Positions 18,112 to 27,881 are shown, numbered from the stretch's first letter. The stretch is DNA of 64,000 nt from an uncultured Bacteroidales bacterium (GCA_902781045.1 CACZHT010000005.1:19085-83084), one strand, 5' to 3'. Program-made: numbers and translations. Notes: generated by a model from the sequence alone, not told the origin.

Positions 18112-19470
18112 ATGAATGTCAATTTGTCTAATAGTGAAGATAGGATTAACACAGCGTTAGTTCTTGTGTGTTTCATAGGCCTTGTTGCTTACTATGTTGG
18201 TATAATCAACATGTATGTGTGGCTTTTCTTTCTTCTCATTAGATTATTCACATTTAATAGAAAAGAATTTGGTTTCTTCGCTTTGCTGTTTGGATCCAGT
18301 ATGTTTGGGCGTATGTTTGCTTCCCAGTCATTATACCTGTCTACGATTGTCCTTTTTTTGGTCCTTGGCATTATTGCTCTGCGTAATGAGATTTTTAGCG
18401 TATTGAGTAAATCGTTTCATTCTTACTTTTTCTTGTTAATCTTGATTGGGTTCTTTCTGGTGGAGTATTTGTTAGGACCTGGGACTTTTTATGCACATGA
18501 TAAGATTATGAAACTCTCTGTCAGAGGGCTTATTTGGTTGACAGTCTTTCTGATTTTTGTTCAATCTGATGAAATATCAAACAAGAAAATAGCAGTATCT
18601 TTCTTACTTTTAACCCTTTTCTACTTGTCGCAGTCTGCTCAATTATACGGCATTAGACCTTCGGCTGTCCTTGACTTTTCATACTTCAGAGATTATTGTG
18701 ACATGATTGGCCGCAATGAAGCGTATACTGAAGTGGTTAATTATCAGACGCTTGGGTATCTAGCTTTGGCTCCTTCCATTTTCTGCATGATGGATTCTGA
18801 CTGGAGCAAAAACAATGCCGTTATGACTTATGCTATAATTGCCATATCATTTTGGGTTCTGCTATTGTCGGGAACTAGGCAGACGTTAGTAATTTTTCTG
18901 GCAATTGCATTTCTGCGATATATATTGGGGCAAAAGGGACCAATTCCATATACTCGACTAATAGGATTAGCGATAGCGGCCGTCCTGGTGTACTTCATGA
19001 TATCGAATTTAGGCTCTTCTTCTTACGACCAGATGATCAATGAAGACGGTGATTTATCTTATAGTATAAATCGAGACACTACAACACCTTTTGCTGTGAT
19101 GGACATTAATCCTTTTTTTGGAGTTGGCTTTGGGGGCTATGTTTTGTATGCACACAAGGCTTATCCGCATAATTTCTTTCTTGAGGTAATTGATGAGTTG
19201 GGCATAGTTGGTTTGCTTTTTATTTTAGCTGTCTTGACTTGTTTCATGATGACAAATGTTAATAAGGTTTACTTTAGATTTTTGTCTCGTAATGGCTCAT
19301 ACATTTTCTTGTTTTTCTTGATGTGTTTCCTAAGGTCTATGATTAGTGGAGATATGGCTGATAGTATGAGCTTTATCTGTGTTCTGCTGGCTATGACGTT
19401 ATTGCCAGAGCCGGCTCAGGATGAAGTCACAGAACTTGCTGTTATTGAAGATAATGGGCATTCTGTTTAG
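18112..19470 (+). CDS. wzy: Probable Wzy polymerase
   Basis: About 11-12 hydrophobic segments, SGTRQ, late periplasmic loop with FGVGFGG and YPHN..LEVI.ELGIVG (O-antigen ligase/polymerase signature). Confidence 0.75.
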   Translation: MNVNLSNSEDRINTALVLVCFIGLVAYYVGIINMYVWLFFLLIRLFTFNRKEFGFFALLFGSSMFGRMFASQSLYLSTIVLFLVLGIIALRNEIFSVLSKSFHSYFFLLILIGFFLVEYLLGPGTFYAHDKIMKLSVRGLIWLTVFLIFVQSDEISNKKIAVSFLLLTLFYLSQSAQLYGIRPSAVLDFSYFRDYCDMIGRNEAYTEVVNYQTLGYLALAPSIFCMMDSDWSKNNAVMTYAIIAISFWVLLLSGTRQTLVIFLAIAFLRYILGQKGPIPYTRLIGLAIAAVLVYFMISNLGSSSYDQMINEDGDLSYSINRDTTTPFAVMDINPFFGVGFGGYVLYAHKAYPHNFFLEVIDELGIVGLLFILAVLTCFMMTNVNKVYFRFLSRNGSYIFLFFLMCFLRSMISGDMADSMSFICVLLAMTLLPEPAQDEVTELAVIEDNGHSV

Positions 19471-19524
19471 GGATGTCTTCGGTATTGAGATATCAAGTAT
19501 ATTAATGATTATAAATAGCAGATT

Positions 19525-19755
19525 ATGGAATTAGAAAAATTTATTGAGAATTTTGCTGAACAGTTCGATGAGACAGATGCAAGTGAGATCACTGCGTCGA
19601 CTAACTATCATGACCTTGAAGAGTGGTCATCGCTTGTCGCTTTGTCGGTTATAGCAATGGTTGATGAAGAGTACGATGTGACACTGAAGGGTGATGATAT
19701 CCGCAATAGCAAAACAGTAGAGGACCTGTTTAACCTTGTGTCTTCGAGATTGTAG
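19525..19755 (+). CDS. Acyl carrier protein
   Basis: 76-aa acidic protein with EEWSSL (phosphopantetheine serine) and TVEDLFNLV. Confidence 0.88.
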   Translation: MELEKFIENFAEQFDETDASEITASTNYHDLEEWSSLVALSVIAMVDEEYDVTLKGDDIRNSKTVEDLFNLVSSRL

Positions 19756-19762
19756 TAAAAGA

Positions 19763-20521
19763 ATGGAAGGACTGAATCCATTTTCTCTGTCAGGAAAGAG
19801 TATATTGATTACTGGTGCGTCTTCTGGCATTGGTAGGCAGATTGCTCTCTCGTGTGCAGAAATGGAGGCTTCACTATATGTCTCGGGTAGAAATGTCAAC
19901 CGTCTTCAAGACACTTTAGACTCATTATCTACCCATTCTGGATGCCATCATAAGCTTCTGGTTGCTGATTTGACTCATTCTGATGAAGTAAATAATCTAG
20001 TTGCTGCTGTTGAACCGTTGGATGGAGCTGTGTTGTGCTCTGGAATAGGCTTGACGCTTCCTGTCAAGTTTGCTAGCCAGGATAAGTTTAAAGAAGTTTT
20101 TGAGACTAATTTCTTCTCACAAGTTGAATTAGTTAGGCTGCTCTATAAAGCGAAGAAATTAAAAGCAAGTGCTTCCGTGGTGTTTCTTGATTCTATTGGA
20201 GGTACTCACGATATCAGTGCTGGTGCCATTGTTTATGGAACGTCGAAAGCTGCTCTGTTGTCTGCAACAAAGTACTGTGCGTTAGAATTCTCTCATCGGC
20301 TGATACGTGTCAACTGCATTTGCCCTGGAATGGTTGAGACACCTTTAATTCACAGGGGCACAGTGACAGAAGAACAATTGCATGCCGATATGATGCGGTA
20401 CCCTTTAAAACGATACGGTCGTCCTGAGGATATTGCTTATATGGCTGTTTATCTTTTAAGTGATGCTGCGTCCTGGGTGACAGGACAAGATTTTGTAATT
20501 GACGGAGGCATTTCATTATAA
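19763..20521 (+). CDS. FabG-like short-chain dehydrogenase/reductase
   Basis: ITGASSGIG, YGTSK (YxxxK), IRVNCICPGMVETP, TGQDFVIDGG. Confidence 0.88.
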   Translation: MEGLNPFSLSGKSILITGASSGIGRQIALSCAEMEASLYVSGRNVNRLQDTLDSLSTHSGCHHKLLVADLTHSDEVNNLVAAVEPLDGAVLCSGIGLTLPVKFASQDKFKEVFETNFFSQVELVRLLYKAKKLKASASVVFLDSIGGTHDISAGAIVYGTSKAALLSATKYCALEFSHRLIRVNCICPGMVETPLIHRGTVTEEQLHADMMRYPLKRYGRPEDIAYMAVYLLSDAASWVTGQDFVIDGGISL

Positions 20522-20530
20522 GGTTTTTTT

Positions 20531-21589
20531 ATGGCGTATCTAACATTCAAAGGAGTTGGCGTAACGGCAATGTCTGCCGCTGTGCCTCACCATGTAATAA
20601 ACAATTACGAATACACTGAGTTTTTCCCGGCCGAGGAGGTCAAGCAAGTTGTAGACAAAATCGGTATATATGAACGCCGATTTGCCGATCCAGATACCTG
20701 CTCGTCTGACTTGTGCTTTGCCGCTGCTGAAAAACTGTTGGAAGACAATCAGGTTGATCGCAGTGAGATTGACCTGTTAGTTTTTATTTCTCAGACTCCT
20801 GATTATCGCATGCCTGCGACTTCAATCTTGCTTCAAGACCGACTTGGCCTGGAGAAGACTTGCATGGCTTTTGATATCAATCTGGGTTGTGCTGCTTTCA
20901 GCTACGGCTTATCTGTTGTTTATGGCCTGATGCAAACAGGTGGTATCCGTAAGGCATTACTACTCGACGGCGAAACGCGTTCAAAAGTATATTCGCCTAA
21001 AGACAGGCGTACTGCTTTTCTGTTTGGTGACGGAGGAGTGGCAGCACTGATTGAGTGTGACCCGAAGTTTGGTGAGAGTCATTTCTCTATCCATTCTGAT
21101 GGCTCTTTGGCCGATCTGATTATGATAAAGGGTGGAGGGTATAGATATCCTAGTTCAGCGGAAACACTGAAGGAGCGCGTTGTCGACGAATATGGAAACA
21201 GACGCAATGACGAACAAGGAACCATGAAAGGTGGCGATGTGTTTAGTTTTGTCCTGTCTCACATTCCTAAGGACATCAAGCGAACATTGGCTCAAGCTAA
21301 TGTAGATGTAGAGCAGCTGGACTATGTCATTTTCCATCAGGCTAATGACTTTATGAACAATCATATAGCAAAGAAATTGAAATTGCCTGCTGAGAAGGTC
21401 CCGGCAACTATAGCAAAATATGGGAACACATCATCTGTCTCGGTCCCTCTCACCATTGTGAGTGAGCTGAAAGGAAAAATGGCAGGGAACAAGACATTGC
21501 TTCTCAGCGCATTTGGGGTGGGGATGAGTTGGTCAACGGCAATCGTTCCTTTTGTTGATTGTAAATTGAGTGAAATTGTTGAGGTTTAG
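20531..21589 (+). CDS. FabH-like ketoacyl-ACP synthase III
   Basis: Catalytic triad motifs NLGC, FHQAN and YGNTSS, plus FGDGG and FGVGMSW. Confidence 0.9.
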   Translation: MAYLTFKGVGVTAMSAAVPHHVINNYEYTEFFPAEEVKQVVDKIGIYERRFADPDTCSSDLCFAAAEKLLEDNQVDRSEIDLLVFISQTPDYRMPATSILLQDRLGLEKTCMAFDINLGCAAFSYGLSVVYGLMQTGGIRKALLLDGETRSKVYSPKDRRTAFLFGDGGVAALIECDPKFGESHFSIHSDGSLADLIMIKGGGYRYPSSAETLKERVVDEYGNRRNDEQGTMKGGDVFSFVLSHIPKDIKRTLAQANVDVEQLDYVIFHQANDFMNNHIAKKLKLPAEKVPATIAKYGNTSSVSVPLTIVSELKGKMAGNKTLLLSAFGVGMSWSTAIVPFVDCKLSEIVEV

Positions 21590-21607
21590 CTATCTACAAC
21601 GACTGTA

Positions 21608-22612
21608 ATGGCAATAAAAAGTGCAATTAGCAAAGCATTATTTGTTCTGAGGGACAGATATGTCAATGTTCCTATGGCTGCGGCTTCTATCAAGAAGTCT
21701 GGTGGGAGTCAATGGATGTCTAATAAGGTGAGGTTGTTTTGCGACTTTATGTATAGTTATTTAAGATATGGCAGTAATGTCGAGAACTACCTTACATTTG
21801 AATTCTATCGAAAAGACCACAAAGCGAGGAACGAATATCTGACTTTCAAGAGAAGTAAGTCCCTTAAAAGAATGAGTAAGCTGGCTGAACCTGTTTTTCT
21901 GGATAAGGCCGCTTTTAATCGAGAGTTTAAAAATTTCATTCATCGCAAATGGCTTGATTCCAGAACGGTTGAGGCCGGAGCCATTGAATCATTTATCGAT
22001 GAATTGGGGGCTGTCATTGTCAAGCCATTAGATTCGTGCTTTGGGAGGGGAATTGAAAAGATTGAGGCCGAAAACAAATCACCTTTTATTCACAATGTGC
22101 GCAATGGTGATAACTATATTGTTGAAGAGCTTCTTGTGAATGATGAGGCAATTCGGCAGTTAAATCCCTCTTCCTTAAATACAATCAGGATTGTTACATG
22201 TCTGGATAAGAATGACGGAGTGCACATTGTTGAGACGTTGATACGTATTGGCTCGACAGATGCATGCATTGACAATGCGATGGGGGGAGGCATTGCCTGC
22301 GCCATAGACTTACAAACCGGAGTGATTCGTTCTGATGGTATTGATTTGCGAGGGAACACATTCACGCATCATCCTCGATCAGGAATTAAATTAAAAGGTT
22401 ACCAAATTCCGCGTTGGGATGAGGTTGTCGCTCTGGTGAAAGAGTTAGCCTTAGTGAACAAAAATGCCCGATTGGTTGGATGGGATATTGCTGTAACACC
22501 CAGCTACCTTGAGGTGATTGAAGGCAATATTCCTCCAGGTGAGAATATTACTCAGGCGTTTAAGGGGAGAGGAATTTATAATGAATTAAAAGAACTGATG
22601 GGGATTGCATAG
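21608..22612 (+). CDS. Sugar-transfer-associated ATP-grasp ligase 1
   Basis: IVKPLDSCFGRGI, VEE, SLNTIRIVT, RIG..DNAMGGG, VGWDIAV, IEGN. Confidence 0.8.
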   Translation: MAIKSAISKALFVLRDRYVNVPMAAASIKKSGGSQWMSNKVRLFCDFMYSYLRYGSNVENYLTFEFYRKDHKARNEYLTFKRSKSLKRMSKLAEPVFLDKAAFNREFKNFIHRKWLDSRTVEAGAIESFIDELGAVIVKPLDSCFGRGIEKIEAENKSPFIHNVRNGDNYIVEELLVNDEAIRQLNPSSLNTIRIVTCLDKNDGVHIVETLIRIGSTDACIDNAMGGGIACAIDLQTGVIRSDGIDLRGNTFTHHPRSGIKLKGYQIPRWDEVVALVKELALVNKNARLVGWDIAVTPSYLEVIEGNIPPGENITQAFKGRGIYNELKELMGIA

Positions 22613-22645
22613 CTGTTGTCTAGACACGTGATAAGTTGGCGAGGT

Positions 22646-23230
22646 ATGATTCACCAGATTGCTAATTCATTGTTTAATTCCAACACTTGGATTATTGAAT
22701 TAGAAGACACTCTATGGCTGGTTGATTGTGGGGATGTCGAAACGGTGATTCCACTTTTGAAAAACAAATCTCTTTCGGGGATTCTATTGACACATGCTCA
22801 TTTTGACCACATCTATGGGTTGAATACCCTTTTTCGGATTTGCTCGAACGCATTGCTCTATACCAATGTCTACGGCAAAATTGCATTGACTGACTCGAAG
22901 AAAAACCTGTCATTCTATCATGAGACGCCTTATGTATTTGATTTCCCCGAAAGGGTGAGAATAATTGATGATGGCGATACGATAGAGTTGAACGAGGACT
23001 ATCAGGCTGTTGCTGTTGCAACTCCAGGGCATAACAATAGCTGCCTATCTTATGTGCTGGATGATTGCTTGTTTACGGGTGATTCATATATACCAGGATT
23101 GAAGGTGGTTACAAGTCTGCCTGGAGGCAATAAGGTGAATGCCAACGAGTCCTTGGAAAAGATTATGAATCTGGCAAAAGGACGCATCATTTATCCTGGT
23201 CACGGTGCCTCGCAAGAAAAGACGATGTAA
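22646..23230 (+). CDS. MBL-fold metallo-hydrolase
   Basis: LVDCG, THAHFDH, TPGH, FTGD, YPGHG. Confidence 0.85.
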   Translation: MIHQIANSLFNSNTWIIELEDTLWLVDCGDVETVIPLLKNKSLSGILLTHAHFDHIYGLNTLFRICSNALLYTNVYGKIALTDSKKNLSFYHETPYVFDFPERVRIIDDGDTIELNEDYQAVAVATPGHNNSCLSYVLDDCLFTGDSYIPGLKVVTSLPGGNKVNANESLEKIMNLAKGRIIYPGHGASQEKTM

Positions 23231-23252
23231 TCTCAGATGTTTTGTTTGCCCG

Positions 23253-24173
23253 ATGAATAGAGAAAAGAAAATTTATCAATGGACTTTAGGAACTCTTAAG
23301 AAAATCTTTGGAGTTCCAAAGAATGACGGACTGAGTAGAGCCAATATCATAAAGTATATTAGGCTGAAATATGGACCATATCTATATAAAAAGAAATATG
23401 GAACAGCCGAGATTATTGCGATTATGAAGGATTTCGGGATGAAATCAGGCAGTAATGTTTTCATACATTCTTCATGGAACGAATTTTATAACTATACGGG
23501 TTCTGAGCAGGAGCTGATTGAAGCCATTCTGGGGGTTATTGGCCCAACGGGAACTTTGGCAATGCCGGCCTATCCTTTGCGGCGTAAAGGAAGAATCTTT
23601 AACTTGAAGAAATCTGTTACCAAAGGAGGACTTTTGGCTGAAGAGTTCCGAAAATATCCTGGAGTGAAAAGGAGTATTAATGACAGGCACTCGGTCTGTG
23701 CATTAGGACCAATGGCCGATTTTCTATTAAACGAGCATCACTTGGGCGATAATTGTTGGGATGAAAAATCTCCTTATTACAAGTTATCGCAGATTGATTG
23801 TATTGTTTTCACACTCGGCTTGAGCAAATATTTTTTCGGAACAATGGTGCATTGCGTCGAGGGGGTGCTTTGGAAAGACTATCCCTATTTTAGAGATATG
23901 TTTTCTGAGTCGAAAATCGAACATCAATACATCGACTATGATGGGCAGACAAAGTCTTATTACTGCTATGATGGCATAAAGAGGACGTTGCCTGGTTTCT
24001 TTAAGGAGAGGAAGTTTCTGAGAAAATACATCAAGTATCAACACTCATCAGTAAGTAATTTGGGAATCACTGCATTTCGTGCAAAACAAGTGATTCCAAT
24101 GATGATTGAAAATGGTCGTAAAGGTGTGATTCTTTATTCGATGCCTAGTCCGAGAGGTTATCATTTTGAATGA
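23253..24173 (+). CDS. AAC(3)-family N-acyltransferase-like protein
   Basis: VFIHSS, GPTGTLAMPAY, GVKRS...HSVCALG, SPYYKL and TMVHCVE match the aminoglycoside 3-N-acetyltransferase fold motifs. Confidence 0.7.
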   Translation: MNREKKIYQWTLGTLKKIFGVPKNDGLSRANIIKYIRLKYGPYLYKKKYGTAEIIAIMKDFGMKSGSNVFIHSSWNEFYNYTGSEQELIEAILGVIGPTGTLAMPAYPLRRKGRIFNLKKSVTKGGLLAEEFRKYPGVKRSINDRHSVCALGPMADFLLNEHHLGDNCWDEKSPYYKLSQIDCIVFTLGLSKYFFGTMVHCVEGVLWKDYPYFRDMFSESKIEHQYIDYDGQTKSYYCYDGIKRTLPGFFKERKFLRKYIKYQHSSVSNLGITAFRAKQVIPMMIENGRKGVILYSMPSPRGYHFE

Positions 24174-24208
24174 TCTATGTGTCCCCATTTTTATAAAGAA
24201 ATGAATTT

Positions 24209-25378
24209 ATGAGCTTTCGAGTGCACAGACGGCATCCCTGGGAGGATGACATGGAATTGGAAAACTATACCGAGCGAGGCGTTGACAAGGGTGCGCACAT
24301 GGCAGACAGTCATGTGACAAATGCTGACATGGTGCGTATCTTTGAGGCCACCAAGCATTTGGGACTTGATGAAGCTCTTGCATGGCTTGACGCACATAAG
24401 GGTGAGTTTGACACAAGTACGGTTATCGTTGACACTGACGAAGGCGATGATTTGGCTCAGTTTCGTGACGTTAAACCGCAGGTCATTGTTGAGAAGAGGG
24501 CTTTGAATGAGATTCGCCATCTGAACACTTTGCTCAATCGGGCTAATGAGGTTTTGGAAGATGGAGGCTATCTGTGGTGTCACGCACACACTGCTGTGCT
24601 AAAGCGGCAGTTGATCATGAACCGCCACATCTGGGGGGTGCGCCATGTGATTTATGCGTGTCACTTCATCTGGCACCGAGTCCTGCCCAAAATGAAATGG
24701 AGTCGTGGCATCTACATGGCTATCACCAAGGGGAAGAATCGCACATATCATCGTGTGGAGGTTCTGGGGCGTATGTATCGAGCTGGATATGAGGTGGTCG
24801 ACGAGGAATTCCGCAAGGGTGAGTTTTTCGTCCTGGCACGCAAGGTCAAGGAACCTATCTGGAATGACATTCCTTCTGGCTCACCGCTCATCTACCTCAA
24901 GCGTGTGGGCAAGGGAGGCAAGCTGATACGTGTCTACAAGTTCCGCACGATGTATCCTTACAGCGAATATCTGCAGCCATATATCTATGAGCACAACCAC
25001 TTGCAACAGGGTGGCAAGTTTGCTGATGACTACCGTGTTACCCCTTGGGGCAAGTGGATGCGCAAGTTATGGATTGACGAGTTGCCGATGATACTGAACA
25101 TGTTTAAGGGAGAGCTGAAGCTTGTCGGTGTCCGTCCCCTTTCGCGCCACTATTTCAGCCTATACTCACCAGAGATGCAAGAGTTGCGCATTAAGGTGAG
25201 GCCAGGTCTGTTGCCGCCATTCTATTATGACAAACACACTCCCAAGACCATCGAAGAGGTGCAGGCTAGTGAACGGCACTACATTGAGCAATGTCTCAAA
25301 CATCCGCTCATCACCGATATCAAATACTTTTTTGGCACAATAGGTAACATCATTTTTAGGGGAAAAACCAGTAAATAA
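24209..25378 (+). CDS. Initiating phosphoglycosyl transferase (Bac_transf domain) with a long N-terminal extension
   Basis: RVGKGGKLIRVYKFRTM, DYRVTPWGKWMRKLWIDELP, LVGVRP, RPGL. Confidence 0.78.
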   Translation: MSFRVHRRHPWEDDMELENYTERGVDKGAHMADSHVTNADMVRIFEATKHLGLDEALAWLDAHKGEFDTSTVIVDTDEGDDLAQFRDVKPQVIVEKRALNEIRHLNTLLNRANEVLEDGGYLWCHAHTAVLKRQLIMNRHIWGVRHVIYACHFIWHRVLPKMKWSRGIYMAITKGKNRTYHRVEVLGRMYRAGYEVVDEEFRKGEFFVLARKVKEPIWNDIPSGSPLIYLKRVGKGGKLIRVYKFRTMYPYSEYLQPYIYEHNHLQQGGKFADDYRVTPWGKWMRKLWIDELPMILNMFKGELKLVGVRPLSRHYFSLYSPEMQELRIKVRPGLLPPFYYDKHTPKTIEEVQASERHYIEQCLKHPLITDIKYFFGTIGNIIFRGKTSK

Positions 25379-25391
25379 TTGGAATGAAACG

Positions 25392-26420
25392 ATGAAGATA
25401 TTAATTGATATAAATCATCCCGCGCATGTTCATTATTTCAAGAATTTTATAAAAATAATGGAAGCGCATGGACACAAATTCTTTGTAATCAACAGAGATA
25501 GTCCAATGATTAATCAGTTGCTTGATTACTATGGCATTGAGCATACAATCCGTAATAAGCGCCCTGAAAAGAAAGGAACGATAGCATCATTGATGAATAT
25601 TCTTCGTATGATTGGCTGGGTGGCGAAGAAGTCTTTCTCTTTTCATCCTGACATTTATATGGGGTTCGCTTCTTCTGCTTGTGCTGTTACATCGTTTTTG
25701 TTCAGGAAACCCTGTGTGCTTATTGATGACACGGAGCATAATGTAATGAATCAGAAGCTATATCTGCCATTCTGTTCTAAAGTGCTGACTCCTTTTTATT
25801 TCCAAAAACAGCTTGGGGACGGAACGAAGCAAGTACGCTTTAATGCTTATGTAGAACAATTGTATCTGCACAGCAAATATTATAAGAAGAATCCAGCTGT
25901 TCTTGATGAACTGGGTGTTAAGCCGGGTGAATATGTGATTGTGCGCTATATTGCGTATGATGCGCATCACGATTTGGTAGCACATCCTATCTCTGATGAT
26001 GTGAAGAAGAAAATTGTCAGTGAAATAGCTAAGCACTATCGGGTGTTTGTATCGCTAGAAAAGAACGTAAATGATCATTTTTATGATGATTATTTGTTGA
26101 AAATATCGCCTGAAAAAATGCATGACTTGGAGGCTTATGCCAAATTTATGGTGGCTGAAGGGGCAACAATGGCATCAGAATCATTTATTCATGGCGTCCC
26201 CTATCTGTACTTGAATCCTTTGCATTGCGGGTATATTGACTACCAATGTGAGCACTATCCTGACAGGGCTTTTCAAACAACTGACAAGGAACAAGCATTG
26301 CAGATTGTGCAGCGACTTCTTCTCACCGATTGTGACTCTGATCACGAAAAAAAGAACATTGAGAGTCAGACGATAGATCCTACTGCCTACTTGATAAGTG
26401 TAATTGAGCCCCCCCTGTAG
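25392..26420 (+). CDS. DUF354-family protein, probable GT-B-fold transferase
   Basis: MKILIDINHPAHVHYFKN, DDTEH, EGATMASES. Confidence 0.8.
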   Translation: MKILIDINHPAHVHYFKNFIKIMEAHGHKFFVINRDSPMINQLLDYYGIEHTIRNKRPEKKGTIASLMNILRMIGWVAKKSFSFHPDIYMGFASSACAVTSFLFRKPCVLIDDTEHNVMNQKLYLPFCSKVLTPFYFQKQLGDGTKQVRFNAYVEQLYLHSKYYKKNPAVLDELGVKPGEYVIVRYIAYDAHHDLVAHPISDDVKKKIVSEIAKHYRVFVSLEKNVNDHFYDDYLLKISPEKMHDLEAYAKFMVAEGATMASESFIHGVPYLYLNPLHCGYIDYQCEHYPDRAFQTTDKEQALQIVQRLLLTDCDSDHEKKNIESQTIDPTAYLISVIEPPL

Positions 26421-26474
26421 ACTGTGTTACGGGACACATTTGGGCTGCATCATCCAAGGCTTACGCCGTGTATG

Positions 26475-26591
26475 TCATTCTTTCTCGCTAAGAATGGCGA
26501 TGAGCTTTCTCGTCAGCCTCTCGTTTGCGTCTTTGAGGTATTCCATTTCCTTAGCTGTTACTATATCTGCCGGATTATTCGTGGCCTGCAA
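26475..26591 (-). pseudogene. Short antisense coiled-coil-like ORF or gene remnant
   Basis: TTG-start 38-aa frame LQATNNPADIVTAKEMEYLKDANERLTRKLIAILSEKE*. Protein-like composition only. Confidence 0.2.
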
Positions 26592-26665
26592 ACTTTTTGA
26601 AATTTAGCTATATTACTTAAAGAATATGAGCTAATTATTTAAATGACTCATAAAGGTATTGTAAA

Positions 26666-27871
26666 ATGAAAATTGGACTTTTAAAAGAGACCAAAACACC
26701 TGTAGATAATCGTGTGGCTTTGTCACCCGAACAGGTTGCCAGACTTAATAAGGAATTTCCTGAATCTGAGATTGTAGTTCAGAGTAGCGATATAAGAGCG
26801 TTTACTGACGATGAATATCGCAAAGCAGGAGTAAGGGTTGTTGATGATATTTCTGACTGTGATGTGCTGTTTGGCATCAAAGAAGCTAGTATTGATACTC
26901 TGCTTTCTGGTAAGCACTATGTTTTCTTCGGTCACATTGCTAAGATGCAGGAATATAATCGTCCGTTGCTACAGGCGTTTTTACATAAAGGAATTACATT
27001 TACTGACTACGAGTATCTAGTCGATGATAGAGGTGTACGTGTCTGTGCCTTTGGATGGTGGGCTGGTGTGGTTGGTGTCTATTATACACTGCGAGGATAT
27101 GGCTTAAAAACCGATAGTTTCGAATTGCCGCAGCCTGATGTCAGATTTACACTACAGCAGTTGATTGATACTCTGAAAAATCTCGAATTACCGGCGGTAA
27201 AAATGCTGGTTACAGGGGCTGGCCGCGTGTCACAGGGTGCTCAGTATGTCCTGGACCAAATAGGTGCGAAACGTGTCTGTGAAGAAGATTATTTGAACGA
27301 ATGCAAAGTTGACACTTTGACTTACTGCGTGGCTGATGTGGACAGACTGGTACGTAGAGTTGATGGCGGTGTTTTCTCGTTTAAACATTTTACAGACTAT
27401 CCTAGTGCATACGAGAGTGATTTCATGCGATGGGCAAAACAGACTGATGTGCTAATCTCTGCTCACTTCTGGTCTAATGATGCACCCGTTTATCTAAGTC
27501 AGGATGACCTCAGAAGCCCAGATAATCGCATCCGTATGATAGGGGATGTTACATGCGATATTATGGGTAGCATCAAATCTACTATTAGGTCAGCAACGCA
27601 TCAAGATCCGTATTATGATTATAACCCAATAACAGAAGAGGAAGAGGCATTATTTGCCAACAAGAACAACATCACTGTCGAAGCTGTTGATACATGTCCC
27701 AATGCCCTACCTATGGATGCCAGCAAATATTTTGGTGAGATGCTCATTCCGCATGTGTTAGAGCCATTGCTGAAAGGCGAAGAATCAAAGGTAATTACCG
27801 GCGCTACTATCATAAAAGACGGTAAACTGACTGATAAATTCTTATATTTGTCTGATTTTGCGCAAGGATAA
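26666..27871 (+). CDS. Saccharopine dehydrogenase / lysine-ketoglutarate reductase-like NAD(P) oxidoreductase (AlaDH/PNT superfamily)
   Basis: MKIGLLKETK..DNRVAL.P, FGIKE, FFGHIAKMQEYNRPLL, DYE, FGWWAGVVG, VTGAGRVSQGA, IGDVTCD, AVDTCPNALP. Confidence 0.8.
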   Translation: MKIGLLKETKTPVDNRVALSPEQVARLNKEFPESEIVVQSSDIRAFTDDEYRKAGVRVVDDISDCDVLFGIKEASIDTLLSGKHYVFFGHIAKMQEYNRPLLQAFLHKGITFTDYEYLVDDRGVRVCAFGWWAGVVGVYYTLRGYGLKTDSFELPQPDVRFTLQQLIDTLKNLELPAVKMLVTGAGRVSQGAQYVLDQIGAKRVCEEDYLNECKVDTLTYCVADVDRLVRRVDGGVFSFKHFTDYPSAYESDFMRWAKQTDVLISAHFWSNDAPVYLSQDDLRSPDNRIRMIGDVTCDIMGSIKSTIRSATHQDPYYDYNPITEEEEALFANKNNITVEAVDTCPNALPMDASKYFGEMLIPHVLEPLLKGEESKVITGATIIKDGKLTDKFLYLSDFAQG

Positions 27872-27881
27872 AAAGGCAATA

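Noticed and set aside
22646-23230. Metallo-beta-lactamase resistance gene
   Set aside because: No signal peptide. The THAHFDH/TPGH/FTGD/PGHG pattern fits glyoxalase-II-like cytoplasmic hydrolases.
23253-24173. Aminoglycoside resistance gene
   Set aside because: AAC(3)-like fold only. It is embedded in a capsule operon with no mobile context, so a biosynthetic acyltransferase is more likely.
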